The position numbers were made by a program, and so were the translations under genes. The notes beneath the pieces were generated by a model. That model saw only the letters and a list, made by a program, of their open reading frames with translations. It was not told the DNA's origin and made no database searches. A stretch of 64,000 nucleotides of DNA from an uncultured SAR86 cluster bacterium (lineage in GTDB: Bacteria; Pseudomonadota; Gammaproteobacteria; Magnimaribacterales; D2472): assembly GCA_902632555.1 (NCBI GenBank), contig CACPCZ010000004.1, positions 286-64,285 on the forward strand, in the 5' to 3' direction. This document shows, piece by piece, positions 9,588 through 18,978 of the stretch; position 1 is the stretch's first letter, and every line of letters begins with the position of its first letter.

Positions 9588-10961
9588 ATGGGCGATAAAG
9601 TTTACGAAGAAATTGTAGATAAGGCTGAAAAAATTTCATTGAAGTGGAGATCTTTGCCTGCGCCGCAAAGAGGCGAGTATATTAGGAAATTTGGAGAGGA
9701 ATTAAGAAATAACAAAGATGATCTTGCTAAAACTATCACTAAAGAAGCTAGAAAAATAAAAACTGAATCACTTGGAGAGGTTCAAGAAGCAATTGATATG
9801 TGCGATTTTGCTGTTGGCTTGAGTAGACAGTTATATGGTCTAACAATGCCCAGCGAAAGACCAAATCATAGACTTCAAGAATTATGGCATCCTTTAGGTG
9901 TCGTTGGCTGTATAACAGCCTTCAACTTTCCAATGGCGGTTTTTGCTTGGAACTTCTGTCTAGCCGCAGTATGTGGTAATAGTGTGATATGGAAGCCAAG
10001 TCCCCAATCTAATCAATGCGCAAAGGGAATAAAAGAGGCATGGGATAAGGTTAGCGGCGAATATTCAGAACTTATTTTGATATTAGAAGGGGGCAATCAA
10101 GAAGCGGTTTCTTTGTGCGAAGATAAAAGGATTTCCTTAATTTCAGCTACTGGAAGTACAAAAATGGGAAAAGAATTAGCACCAATTGTATCTGCTCGTT
10201 TAGGTAAACTTTTATTAGAATTAGGTGGTAATAATGCTGCAATAGTCTGTTCCTCAGCAAATCTAGATTTAACCATAAAGGGTATAGCTTTTTCAGCTTG
10301 CGGCACCACAGGTCAAAGATGTACTTCATTGAGAAGGTTGTTTGTTCATCAAGACATATATGATGATTGCGTCTCAAGATTGAGAGAATGTTTTGATGAA
10401 CTAATTATTGGCTGTCCATCAAAAGATGATTCTCAAATTGGGCCTTTGATTTCTGAAGATAGCTTCAACGAAATGCAGGAAACTTTAAATTCTTTACGCG
10501 CAAAGAAAATAGAAGTTATTGGCGGCGAAAGATTGAATATTGAAGATCCAGATGAATATTATGTTAAACCAGCTTTAGTTTTAGTGGATGAAATTCCAGA
10601 TGAGATGCTAGAAGAAACATTTGCGCCAATATTATATATAAAGAGCTTTTTAGATGTTAAAAATGCCATAGAAATGCAAAACAATGTAAGTCAAGGTCTA
10701 AGCAGTTCAATTTTTACAAACGATATTAGAGAATCAGAATTATTTTTGAGTGAGTCTGGAAGTGATTGTGGTATTGCAAATGTTAATATTGGAACAAGTG
10801 GTGCAGAAATAGGCGGTGCTTTTGGTGGTGAAAAGGACACCGGTGGTGGCAGAGAGTCAGGATCAGATTCTTGGAAAAATTACATGAGAAGAGTAACAGC
10901 AACTGTTAATTATGGTGAAGACTTGCCACTTGCTCAAGGGGTTGAATTTGATGAAAAATAA
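9588..10961 (+). CDS. Aldehyde dehydrogenase, ALDH7/AmaB-like (alpha-aminoadipic semialdehyde / piperideine-6-carboxylate dehydrogenase)
   Basis: PAPQRGEYIR, GEVQEAIDMCDFAVGLSRQLYG, SERPNH, WKPS, LELGGNNA (catalytic Glu) and GQRCTSLRR (catalytic Cys). About 40 aa shorter at the N-terminus than typical family members. Confidence 0.85.
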   Translation: MGDKVYEEIVDKAEKISLKWRSLPAPQRGEYIRKFGEELRNNKDDLAKTITKEARKIKTESLGEVQEAIDMCDFAVGLSRQLYGLTMPSERPNHRLQELWHPLGVVGCITAFNFPMAVFAWNFCLAAVCGNSVIWKPSPQSNQCAKGIKEAWDKVSGEYSELILILEGGNQEAVSLCEDKRISLISATGSTKMGKELAPIVSARLGKLLLELGGNNAAIVCSSANLDLTIKGIAFSACGTTGQRCTSLRRLFVHQDIYDDCVSRLRECFDELIIGCPSKDDSQIGPLISEDSFNEMQETLNSLRAKKIEVIGGERLNIEDPDEYYVKPALVLVDEIPDEMLEETFAPILYIKSFLDVKNAIEMQNNVSQGLSSSIFTNDIRESELFLSESGSDCGIANVNIGTSGAEIGGAFGGEKDTGGGRESGSDSWKNYMRRVTATVNYGEDLPLAQGVEFDEK

Positions 10962-11958
10962 GGTTGCAATTGTTGGGAGTGGGAACATTGGTTGGGCTTT
11001 GAGAAAGCTTCTTCAAGATGATTATGATATTTCTCAAGGTGACATCTTAGATGGATTAGACGCAGCTGATTCCAGTCAAGTAGAGAAATTTTTAATTGGA
11101 CATCAAGCAGTAATTTCAGCAGGCCCATATGCGGTTAATAAAAATATAGCAAAAGTTGCAGCAGAAAAAAATATTGGATACTTTGACCTAACAGAAGATG
11201 TTGATACCACAGAATTTATTAAAGAACTTAAATCTGAAAGCGTTCTTATGCCACAATGTGGTCTTGCACCAGGTGCCATTAATATATGTGCCGCTAATAT
11301 GATGGAAGAGTTTGATGATGTAAAAGAAGTGCTTATGAGGGTTGGCGCATTACCAAGATTTACAACTAATGAAATGAGCTACTACCTAAGCTGGTCTACT
11401 AATGGCTTAATAAATGAATATTGCAATGAAGCCGACGCCATATACGAAGGAAAGCCAATAAAAGTTATGCCATTAGAAGGATCTGAGAAACTTGTAATAG
11501 AGGGCGAAAGTTTTGAGGCTTTTAATACAAGTGGTGGCTGTGCAACTATGTGTGAAACATATGCAGATAAGGTTGAGAATTTAACTTACAAAACTATAAG
11601 ATATCCAGGACATTTAAATCATATGAAATTCTTATTTAATGATTTACATCTTAAAAAGAATAAAGAAATCTTGGAAAAGCTTTTTGATAAGGAAGTGCCT
11701 AGGACCAAAAATGACGTTATTATATTTTTTGTAAAAGTTATCGGCATAATAGATGGTGTTTTACAAGAAAAAACTTATTTAAGAAAGATTTATGGCGATG
11801 AAAAATATAGCGCAATTCAACTCACAACAGCCTCGGGAGTATGCAGTGTTCTAAAAATGTTCCTTGATGGAAAGATTTCGTCAAAAGGTTTTACAAAACA
11901 AGAATCACTATCTTGGAATGACTTTTTAGATAATAAATTTGGTCAAGTTTACAAATAA
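10951..11958 (+). CDS. Saccharopine dehydrogenase-like NAD(P)-binding oxidoreductase (possible lysine 6-dehydrogenase)
   Basis: Rossmann motif KVAIVGSGNIG at the chosen ATG 10951; the longest ORF starts at 10912. It overlaps the ALDH stop. Layout fits the saccharopine dehydrogenase family. Confidence 0.7.
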   Translation: MKNKVAIVGSGNIGWALRKLLQDDYDISQGDILDGLDAADSSQVEKFLIGHQAVISAGPYAVNKNIAKVAAEKNIGYFDLTEDVDTTEFIKELKSESVLMPQCGLAPGAINICAANMMEEFDDVKEVLMRVGALPRFTTNEMSYYLSWSTNGLINEYCNEADAIYEGKPIKVMPLEGSEKLVIEGESFEAFNTSGGCATMCETYADKVENLTYKTIRYPGHLNHMKFLFNDLHLKKNKEILEKLFDKEVPRTKNDVIIFFVKVIGIIDGVLQEKTYLRKIYGDEKYSAIQLTTASGVCSVLKMFLDGKISSKGFTKQESLSWNDFLDNKFGQVYK

Positions 11959-11959
11959 A

Positions 11960-12655
11960 ATGACTCCGCTAAGTTTATTAAGTTTTTCTCATATAGTCTT
12001 TACAACAGTTTGTTTTCTAGTAATTATTTTTTTACCTAGATTATTTGTAAATTCTTCAGATAGTTCAAAAAATCTTCTAGTTACGGCTATTATCGTTTTG
12101 ATAATGGTTAATCAAGGAATGGATTTGTATAGAGAGGGCTATATGCAAGAGTGGAAACTGGGATTACCCCTTCATTTATGCGATTTTTCATCATTTTCTG
12201 TAATTTTATATTTTCTTACAAAAAGAAAAGAGTTTTTTCTTTTTGCATTTTTTTTTGGCATTGCTGGAGGAGGAATGTCACTTTTGACTCCAGATATACT
12301 CTACGCATTTCCTTATGTTGGATATATTCAAAATCAGATTGGTCATTCTATGATTTTATTAGGCGTTAGTTATGCAATGATTATCGATAATAAAAGACCA
12401 TATCTTGGAGATGTTCATAAAGTACTGTTTTTCACAACACTTTTACTGTTGATTATGTACCCTATAAACTATTTACTCGGCCCACCAGCTAATTATTGGT
12501 TTTTGGTTGAAAAACCAATCGGAGACAATGTAACTAATTTCATGAGAGCAGAACCTTTCCATATAATAGATATTTATATTTTAGCCGTTATAGTTTGTTA
12601 TTTAATGTACATGCCTTATTTTTTAAGGGACAAATTCAAAAATAAAAATGCCTAG
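11960..12655 (+). CDS. Integral membrane protein (YwaF/TIGR02206-like, tentative)
   Basis: About 7 TM segments. ATG 11960 lies just after the upstream stop; the longest ORF starts at 11939. The family call is from memory only. Confidence 0.5.
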   Translation: MTPLSLLSFSHIVFTTVCFLVIIFLPRLFVNSSDSSKNLLVTAIIVLIMVNQGMDLYREGYMQEWKLGLPLHLCDFSSFSVILYFLTKRKEFFLFAFFFGIAGGGMSLLTPDILYAFPYVGYIQNQIGHSMILLGVSYAMIIDNKRPYLGDVHKVLFFTTLLLLIMYPINYLLGPPANYWFLVEKPIGDNVTNFMRAEPFHIIDIYILAVIVCYLMYMPYFLRDKFKNKNA

Positions 12656-13250
12656 CGTTTCAACTGATCAAATTCCGCAAAGTTTTAGGGCATATAGACC
12701 TAAGTTTATTCGATGGCTTGGAAGATCTTTATTGTATGTTTTAGGATGGAAAGTTCTAGGCAGCATTGGAGAAGAGCATGCCGAAAAAAATTTAGTGGTA
12801 ATAGTTGCGCCACATACTTCTAATTGGGATGGTATTCTGGGAGTTGCTGCAATTGCTGGGCTTGATGCCAGAATATCTTTTCTAGGAAAAGATACAGCTT
12901 TCAAATATGGACTTGGAGCTTTCTTAAAATACATGGGAGGAATTCCTATTGATAGAAGTAATCCCAGCGGAGTAATCAATGATGCTATTGAAAAAATTCG
13001 AAGAATTAATGGCACTCTTTTGGGAATGTCGCCAGAGGGAACTAGATCAAAAGTTGATGCATGGAAAACAGGATTTTTAAGAATTGCCAAAGGAATTGAC
13101 GCAAATATAATCCCCGCCTCATTGGATTTTGCAAAAAAAGAAGTCTTATTGGGTAAAACCTTTACTCCAACTGGCGATAACAAAAAAGATATTTTAAGTT
13201 TGCAAGATTATTACAAAGGCTTTACAGCAAAGCATCCAGAAAAATATTAG
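12648..13250 (+). CDS. 1-acyl-sn-glycerol-3-phosphate acyltransferase family protein
   Basis: HxxxxD acyltransferase motif (HTSNWD) and a later PEGTRS motif. Confidence 0.7.
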   Translation: MPSVSTDQIPQSFRAYRPKFIRWLGRSLLYVLGWKVLGSIGEEHAEKNLVVIVAPHTSNWDGILGVAAIAGLDARISFLGKDTAFKYGLGAFLKYMGGIPIDRSNPSGVINDAIEKIRRINGTLLGMSPEGTRSKVDAWKTGFLRIAKGIDANIIPASLDFAKKEVLLGKTFTPTGDNKKDILSLQDYYKGFTAKHPEKY

Positions 13251-15121
13251 CCTTTAGCATCAATAATCATTTTATTTACCATTTCTTCAACTATAAATAA
13301 TGGAGGATTCCCATGGTCAAGAACCGCTGAATGAAAATCTTTAATATCAAATTTATCTCCAAGCTCATTCATTGCTTTTTCTCTAAGCTCTAATATCTTT
13401 ATCATTCCCACTTTATAGCTCAATGCTTGTCCAGGCCAAACAATATATCTTTCAATTTCAACTCTTACTTCAGTATCTGACATTCCTGTATATGATTTCA
13501 TATATTTCATTGCTTCTTCACGTGTCCATCTTTTGAAGTGAATTCCAGTGTCAACCACTAATCTGACCGCTCTAAATATTTCACTTTGTAATATACCAAG
13601 CTCATCATATGGATTTGCGGCTAGGCCAGCTTCAAGAGCTAATCTTTCAGCATATAAAGCCCATCCTTCTGAGAAGGCAGAGGTTCTGTAACCAAATCTT
13701 CTGTATAAAGTTAGATTTTCATTCTCTAATGAGTGTGCTATTTGATGATGATGTCCAGGAGTTGCCTCGTGATATGTAAGTGTTCTCATACTGTATTTTG
13801 GTGTCTGTTTGATATCGTATAAGTTTGCATAAAAAACGCCCGGCCTGCTTCCATCTAATGCCGGTGCTTGATAATAGCCTCCAGCTGCAGTTTGCTCTGA
13901 ATATTCTGGAACTGCTTTTACAATTACTTTAGATTTTGGCATTGTATGAAAGTAGTCTTTCATAACTTCGATCGCCTCATTCATCATTTCAGTGTAATCG
14001 TTTACTACGATTTCTTTTCTATCAGGTGTGTCATCATATAAGAATTTAGGATCTTCGTTTAGACTATTCATCAATTCACCCACACTCTTTGAGGTATCGT
14101 ATCCAAGGTCTGTCAAAATTTCTCTCATCCTATTGGTTATTCTTTCAACCTCACTGAGCCCCATCTGATGAATTTCTTCGGCAGAATAATCAGTAGTGGT
14201 ATATGATCTTATCCTTAGCTTGTAATAGTTATCTCCATCTGGCTGAGACCAAATCCCATGATTTTGATTTGCAAATTTTTGTGTGTCCTTCATATATTTT
14301 AGTAATAATTCAAATCCTGGAGTCACACTATTATCAATAGCTAATTTAATTCCTTCATCTAAGTCTTTAATCTCTACATCGCTAAGCTTTAGCTTATTTA
14401 TTTTTGAAATAAACTGACTGTACAAGGGATGTTCCGAGTATGAATATTCAATAAAGTCATTTAACTGTTTAATGACATGCTCATAAACAAATTCAGGAGG
14501 ATAAATACCAAGTTCTGCTTGTTTTTCAAGATTTATTAAGTGCCCTTTGTATACCTCTTTAATTTGATTTGCTCTATCGATAAAATCTTCTGCCTCTGAT
14601 TTTTTTCTTATAGGATGCATATCATTCATAAATTGAATTGTGTTTAAATGAATACCGCCTATCTGATTTAACGAATAGTCTAAATAAGGAAACTCCCTTA
14701 GTTGTTTTAAAGTATTTTCCCAATCAAAAATTGCAATTCTTTTTGTGTTAAGTTGACTTTCTGATAAAGATGAATCTATGTATCTATATAGAGTTTTAAT
14801 TATTTTCTCCGTATCTTTAATTCCATTTTCAATGTCATCTTTTTTAGGAACAGAAAGCTTCGAATTATGTTTTGTAACCCAATTATAATCATCAAATATT
14901 CCTACATACGTTAGGGCTTCTGGGGAATCTATAAGACCCAAAACAAGCTCCTTGCCAAGATAGTGATCAATAGAATATGGCTTCATTAAGAAAAGATTTG
15001 CCAAGTAGATTGATGTTGGAACAAATATTACTAAGAAGAGGTAAGAAAAAATCTTTAAAATTGTTCTTATGTAAATTTTAAGATTCTCAATCAGTATTGA
15101 GCCAGATGTTCTTGTAGTCAT
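13247..15121 (-). CDS. DUF885 family protein
   Basis: 624 aa with an N-terminal TM segment. The HEATPGHHHQ motif is typical of DUF885. Confidence 0.75.
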   Translation of the reverse strand: MTTRTSGSILIENLKIYIRTILKIFSYLFLVIFVPTSIYLANLFLMKPYSIDHYLGKELVLGLIDSPEALTYVGIFDDYNWVTKHNSKLSVPKKDDIENGIKDTEKIIKTLYRYIDSSLSESQLNTKRIAIFDWENTLKQLREFPYLDYSLNQIGGIHLNTIQFMNDMHPIRKKSEAEDFIDRANQIKEVYKGHLINLEKQAELGIYPPEFVYEHVIKQLNDFIEYSYSEHPLYSQFISKINKLKLSDVEIKDLDEGIKLAIDNSVTPGFELLLKYMKDTQKFANQNHGIWSQPDGDNYYKLRIRSYTTTDYSAEEIHQMGLSEVERITNRMREILTDLGYDTSKSVGELMNSLNEDPKFLYDDTPDRKEIVVNDYTEMMNEAIEVMKDYFHTMPKSKVIVKAVPEYSEQTAAGGYYQAPALDGSRPGVFYANLYDIKQTPKYSMRTLTYHEATPGHHHQIAHSLENENLTLYRRFGYRTSAFSEGWALYAERLALEAGLAANPYDELGILQSEIFRAVRLVVDTGIHFKRWTREEAMKYMKSYTGMSDTEVRVEIERYIVWPGQALSYKVGMIKILELREKAMNELGDKFDIKDFHSAVLDHGNPPLFIVEEMVNKMIIDAKG

Positions 15122-15152
15122 GATAAAATCTCTAGAAATTAATTTATTTATT

Positions 15153-15845
15153 ATGACAGAAAAAATAGCAACACTTAAGAAAGAAGGAAATGTATCAATT
15201 ATCAGTTTAGATGATGGAAAGGCGAATGTTTTTTCACCTGAAATGTCAAAGCAGATAAATGAATGTTTAGATCAAGTAGCAACTGATGAAGGATGCTTGA
15301 TAATTACTGGCAGAGAGGGCATGTTTTCTGGAGGCTTAGATCTCAAAATTATACAGAGTGGTGATGTCGACCTCATCCAAGAAATGTCTTTTAGTGCATT
15401 TAAGTTGTTGGCAAGAATATTCTCTTTTCCAAGACCAGTGATAGCAGCATGTTCTGGTCATGCGGTAGCCCTTGGAACTTTTTTACTATGCTGCTGTGAT
15501 TACAGAATAGGCGTAAAAGGTGAATTTATGCTTGGTGCAAATGAAATGAGAACAAATATGGTTATTCCAACTCCGATTCTTGAGCTAATTAAATTCAGAG
15601 TTTCTAATGCTCATAAATACAGGTCCGTCTTGGGTGCTGAAATGTATACATTAGAAGATTCAATATCTGCAGGCCTAATAGATGAGGTTGTTGATCAAAA
15701 TTCATTAATGAGTGTTGTTGAAGAAAAGGCAAAGGATTTGTCAACAATGGGACACCCAAGTTACTCAATGACAAAAGAACTGTTTATTGCTGAACCTTAC
15801 AGCAAAATAATTGAAGCAATGAATGAGCTTGATAAAAATGTATAA
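15153..15845 (+). CDS. Enoyl-CoA hydratase/isomerase (crotonase) family protein
   Basis: Crotonase-fold motifs (FSGGLDLK, PVIAACSGHAVALG). Start chosen at MTEKIATLKKEG; the longest ORF starts at 15120. Confidence 0.75.
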   Translation: MTEKIATLKKEGNVSIISLDDGKANVFSPEMSKQINECLDQVATDEGCLIITGREGMFSGGLDLKIIQSGDVDLIQEMSFSAFKLLARIFSFPRPVIAACSGHAVALGTFLLCCCDYRIGVKGEFMLGANEMRTNMVIPTPILELIKFRVSNAHKYRSVLGAEMYTLEDSISAGLIDEVVDQNSLMSVVEEKAKDLSTMGHPSYSMTKELFIAEPYSKIIEAMNELDKNV

Positions 15846-15857
15846 GGTAATTCTTTA

Positions 15858-16391
15858 GTGGCCCTTGAGCCCGACTATCTTATAAAAGATTTTTCCGATA
15901 AATCAGATCTAGCACTACTGAACAAAATCTTTAAGTTAAATCAAGACAATATTCCAGAAGTAGGGAGTTTAGATTCTGTAAATCATTTAAAAAATCTACT
16001 AAGCAAAAGTCTTAAAAATCTTTATATCCTAAATCAAAACAGATTAGTAGGTTTCATAGTTTGCTTCAGGGAAAGAAGTAATTATGAATCCGAAAACTAC
16101 AAATATTTTTCTAAATCAGAAAAGAATTTCATCTACATAGATAGAGTTGCCATTCACGAAGCGTTCAGAAGGAATAAACTTGCACAAGAGCTCTACAAGA
16201 ACATTGAAAAAATGTGTATAAAAAACAAGCTTCCGCTTTGCTGTGAAGTAAATACAATTCCTATGAATAAACCATCAATAAATTTCCATAAGAAACTTGG
16301 CTTTTTGGAGGTAGGCAAAAAAGACTTTACAAAAAACTCTGTAGTATATTTCAAGAAAACATATGTAAATAAAATACATAATTTTAATTAG
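15858..16391 (+). CDS. GNAT family N-acetyltransferase
   Basis: 177 aa with a GTG start. Acetyl-CoA binding-like segment RVAIHEAFRRNKLAQELY and C-terminal FHKKLGF. Confidence 0.65.
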   Translation: MALEPDYLIKDFSDKSDLALLNKIFKLNQDNIPEVGSLDSVNHLKNLLSKSLKNLYILNQNRLVGFIVCFRERSNYESENYKYFSKSEKNFIYIDRVAIHEAFRRNKLAQELYKNIEKMCIKNKLPLCCEVNTIPMNKPSINFHKKLGFLEVGKKDFTKNSVVYFKKTYVNKIHNFN

Positions 16392-16425
16392 ATGCCTCTT
16401 CAGTTGTGTTATCTTTAAAAGAGAA

Positions 16426-17295
16426 ATGGAAACAACCCTTTTATTTAAAACATTAGTTATTCTTTCAGCTCAATTAGCCATTGTACTTCTTACATGCTTC
16501 TATTGCCTAAATGGAGCGAGAAAAGCATACGAAAAAAATACATCTTTTCTTGGGATGTTCTTCAGAGGCTCGGTAAACATGAAAGGACAGCTCGACCTAA
16601 TTCCTTATTTGAAGGTTAAAGAAGAATTTCCAAAGGAAATGACGAGTCAAGATGAACAGGGTAAGGATTTCAGAACTAAAATTGTCAACAACCAGGATGA
16701 GGTTTATGAGCTATTAAAACAAGGTTATCGTCATACAAGCATCGAAGGTTCTAACTGGTTAGGATATTTAGTTCTGTTAAATGCGATAGCAATGTTTGGG
16801 ACGCTATTTCTCGTATCGGAGTTTGATTTACCTCCAGCTTTAGGATTCATTGCTTTTACCTTAACAAGCCTGAGTTTGGGCCCCTTGATAGGATTTATCA
16901 TGCTTGAAATGGATGAAAATGATGGACTTACTGCACTGAAGATCGTTCTTGTTGTAACTCTTTTGACCGGCTACATAGGGTATAGTGATTTTTATTCATT
17001 CTCAGAAAATGCCGTTTTTGGCGTTATTTTAATGCTTTCGTTATTTTGTCTCCTTCTTTTTAATTTAGCACGTTTTTTTATGGATATTAGTAGAGGCACA
17101 ACTAGAGCTGCTGCTATATTTGGAGCTTTCCTCTTTTCATTATTTCTAGTGTACGATTTTAATTACATAAAAAAGCAAGAGGAAATATATGTGCTCAACA
17201 ATTGGGAAACAGCGCTAGAGATGGCATTTATTTTGTATTTAGATATTATTAACTTACTATTAGACATACTAGAAGCTATGGGTAATGCTCAATAA
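16426..17295 (+). CDS. Bax inhibitor-1/YccA family membrane protein, atypical (about 85-aa hydrophilic insert after TM1)
   Basis: Multi-pass membrane protein. The C-terminal LYLDIINLLLDIL matches the LYLD(F/I)INLFL signature of the BI-1/YccA family. Confidence 0.55.
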   Translation: METTLLFKTLVILSAQLAIVLLTCFYCLNGARKAYEKNTSFLGMFFRGSVNMKGQLDLIPYLKVKEEFPKEMTSQDEQGKDFRTKIVNNQDEVYELLKQGYRHTSIEGSNWLGYLVLLNAIAMFGTLFLVSEFDLPPALGFIAFTLTSLSLGPLIGFIMLEMDENDGLTALKIVLVVTLLTGYIGYSDFYSFSENAVFGVILMLSLFCLLLFNLARFFMDISRGTTRAAAIFGAFLFSLFLVYDFNYIKKQEEIYVLNNWETALEMAFILYLDIINLLLDILEAMGNAQ

Positions 17296-17302
17296 AAGGA
17301 GG
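17296..17302 (+). promoter_or_regulatory. Strong Shine-Dalgarno (AAGGAGG) for the Cys-rich ORF
   Basis: AAGGAGG lies 4 nt upstream of ATG 17307. Most genes in this window have weak or no Shine-Dalgarno sequences. Confidence 0.6.
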
Positions 17303-17306
17303 TTAT

Positions 17307-17498
17307 ATGGCCATATATAAATGTAATTCTTGTGGCATGTCAGTTAAAACAAGTTGTGGAAAATGTGACGAACCGCTAGTTGATGGAACTCTCACAACTG
17401 ATGATGGCAATGAAGTCCAGATATCAGAATGTCCTGCAGGATGTGGAAAAATTAAATCTCCACTTTGCTGTGGCTTAGACATGAGTTGCTCAATCTAA
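17307..17498 (+). CDS. Small cysteine-rich (9 Cys in 63 aa) zinc-ribbon-like protein
   Basis: CNSC-x7-CGKC knuckle pair, then CPAGC, CCG and a final C. Strong Shine-Dalgarno. Confidence 0.6.
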   Translation: MAIYKCNSCGMSVKTSCGKCDEPLVDGTLTTDDGNEVQISECPAGCGKIKSPLCCGLDMSCSI

Positions 17499-18175
17499 AA
17501 ATTTAGTTGATAACCAATCTTTACTGAAGTATCAAATAGTTTACTTGATAACATTTCAATACTTACCGCGCTTCTCTTGTTGATGTTATAAAGTGCTCCA
17601 GCACCAAATTTTCTATCAGTATCTTCATCAAGCTCATATTCAATTGCCTCAATGCAAACCTGTCCATCGGGACATTGTTTAATTGCTACCTCAGCATCTT
17701 TGGAAAAATCTACAAAAAATTTTCCTTCCCAGCCTCTTGGATCACCAAACCTAATTCCAGCAATCACATTTGCTTGAGCGTCATCTTCTGAAAAGGAAAC
17801 TAGATCGGTGTCATAAGCTGTGCTTTTTACTCCAAGTTCAGCATAAACATCAAATATATTTTCAATTTTTATTTTTAAATCCTTCGCTGAAACTGAGCTA
17901 AATATATCTCCGATGCCTGCATGTATTCCAAATCTTGCAGAGTTAATTATTCTTTCGTAAGTATCGTTATCAAAATCAATTTCTTCAGCCTTCCTCTCTG
18001 CCACAAGGTACAGACCGCCCGGAAGTGGCAAAGCAACTTTTAAACCTATACCGGTAGAATCAGTTTGAACAATATTTATCTCTAAAGTTGAATAATCAAA
18101 TGACGGTTTTTCATTCTCTTCTGCTGCGACTTTAAAAGAGAATATAAAAATTATTACAGCTAAAAGCCTCATCAT
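17495..18175 (-). CDS. Outer-membrane beta-barrel protein (hypothetical)
   Basis: Signal peptide, alternating beta-strand pattern and a C-terminal aromatic residue (GYQLNF). Confidence 0.5.
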   Translation of the reverse strand: MMRLLAVIIFIFSFKVAAEENEKPSFDYSTLEINIVQTDSTGIGLKVALPLPGGLYLVAERKAEEIDFDNDTYERIINSARFGIHAGIGDIFSSVSAKDLKIKIENIFDVYAELGVKSTAYDTDLVSFSEDDAQANVIAGIRFGDPRGWEGKFFVDFSKDAEVAIKQCPDGQVCIEAIEYELDEDTDRKFGAGALYNINKRSAVSIEMLSSKLFDTSVKIGYQLNF

Positions 18176-18202
18176 CAGATTATGTTATCAAAATGTTCTG
18201 AT

Positions 18203-18223
18203 AAAAGGGAGTTAAACTCCCCC
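18203..18223 (-). terminator. Candidate intrinsic terminator downstream of the PDZ lipoprotein gene
   Basis: On the minus strand: GGGAG-TTTAA-CTCCC followed by TTTTAT. Confidence 0.5.
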
Positions 18224-18230
18224 TATGTAT

Positions 18231-18959
18231 TTATCTTGAAATATTCCAACCTTGTTGTTCAAGCACAAATCTATCTTCTGTTAAATTGCCAACCCAAACC
18301 ACTTTGCCCATATCATCAAACATAAATCTTGTAACTGTATATGCATTTGCTTTATAACCTGTTGCATCCTCGACAAACTCTGCCCAATGAAGAACATGAA
18401 CAACGCCATCATTGGTTGAGGCAGTCTCAATAATATTAAATTCTTCTGGACCCCAAGCATCTGCATCTACACTACTTATGTTATTCATAACCTGTTCTTT
18501 GGAATATCTAATTTGAACAGGACCTCTAGCAAAAGATACAGGTTTTTCAATACCATCTCTTAGCACAACCGCTCCAACGCTCTCGCCAGGCATTCCTCGA
18601 AAACCTAGCTGGTTTCTATTTTCGTTTGTTAACCTAACGCCATTAACCTCAACAAAAGAATCTCCCTCTTGAAGAACTCCATCTGCCGGGCTTTCTGGAA
18701 CAACGTAATCAACGACCATACCATCACCGTCTGGATTCCAAACAAACCCAAAACCAACATACCTTTCACCAACAGATACACCATCTGAAGCCATATTATT
18801 ATCAATCATTGATAGCGCACTATCTTTGCTCGTAAGATATGCAGTAACCCAAGCTGTGGCTAGGTCCATTGCATCTTGATGTTTGTTACTTGTATCCATA
18901 GAACAAGCTGAAACTATAAGCATCATTGATAATACAAAAGTTGCTTGTATTTTTCTCAT
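18231..18959 (-). CDS. PDZ domain-containing lipoprotein (hypothetical)
   Basis: Lipobox LIVSAC. PDZ-like segment GVLQEGDSFVEVNGVRL. Confidence 0.55.
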   Translation of the reverse strand: MRKIQATFVLSMMLIVSACSMDTSNKHQDAMDLATAWVTAYLTSKDSALSMIDNNMASDGVSVGERYVGFGFVWNPDGDGMVVDYVVPESPADGVLQEGDSFVEVNGVRLTNENRNQLGFRGMPGESVGAVVLRDGIEKPVSFARGPVQIRYSKEQVMNNISSVDADAWGPEEFNIIETASTNDGVVHVLHWAEFVEDATGYKANAYTVTRFMFDDMGKVVWVGNLTEDRFVLEQQGWNISR

Positions 18960-18978
18960 AAAAATCTCCCTTTAAATA

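Noticed and set aside
12668-13183. A 171-aa ORF antisense to the acyltransferase gene. Similar long antisense or out-of-frame ORFs occur at 30309-30704, 32875-33198, 57580-57915, 1261-1515, 38667-38951 and 44315-44593.
   Set aside because: Each lies entirely inside a well-supported gene with clear family motifs on the other strand or in another frame. Their translations are low-complexity and match no recognisable family. They are typical shadow ORFs.
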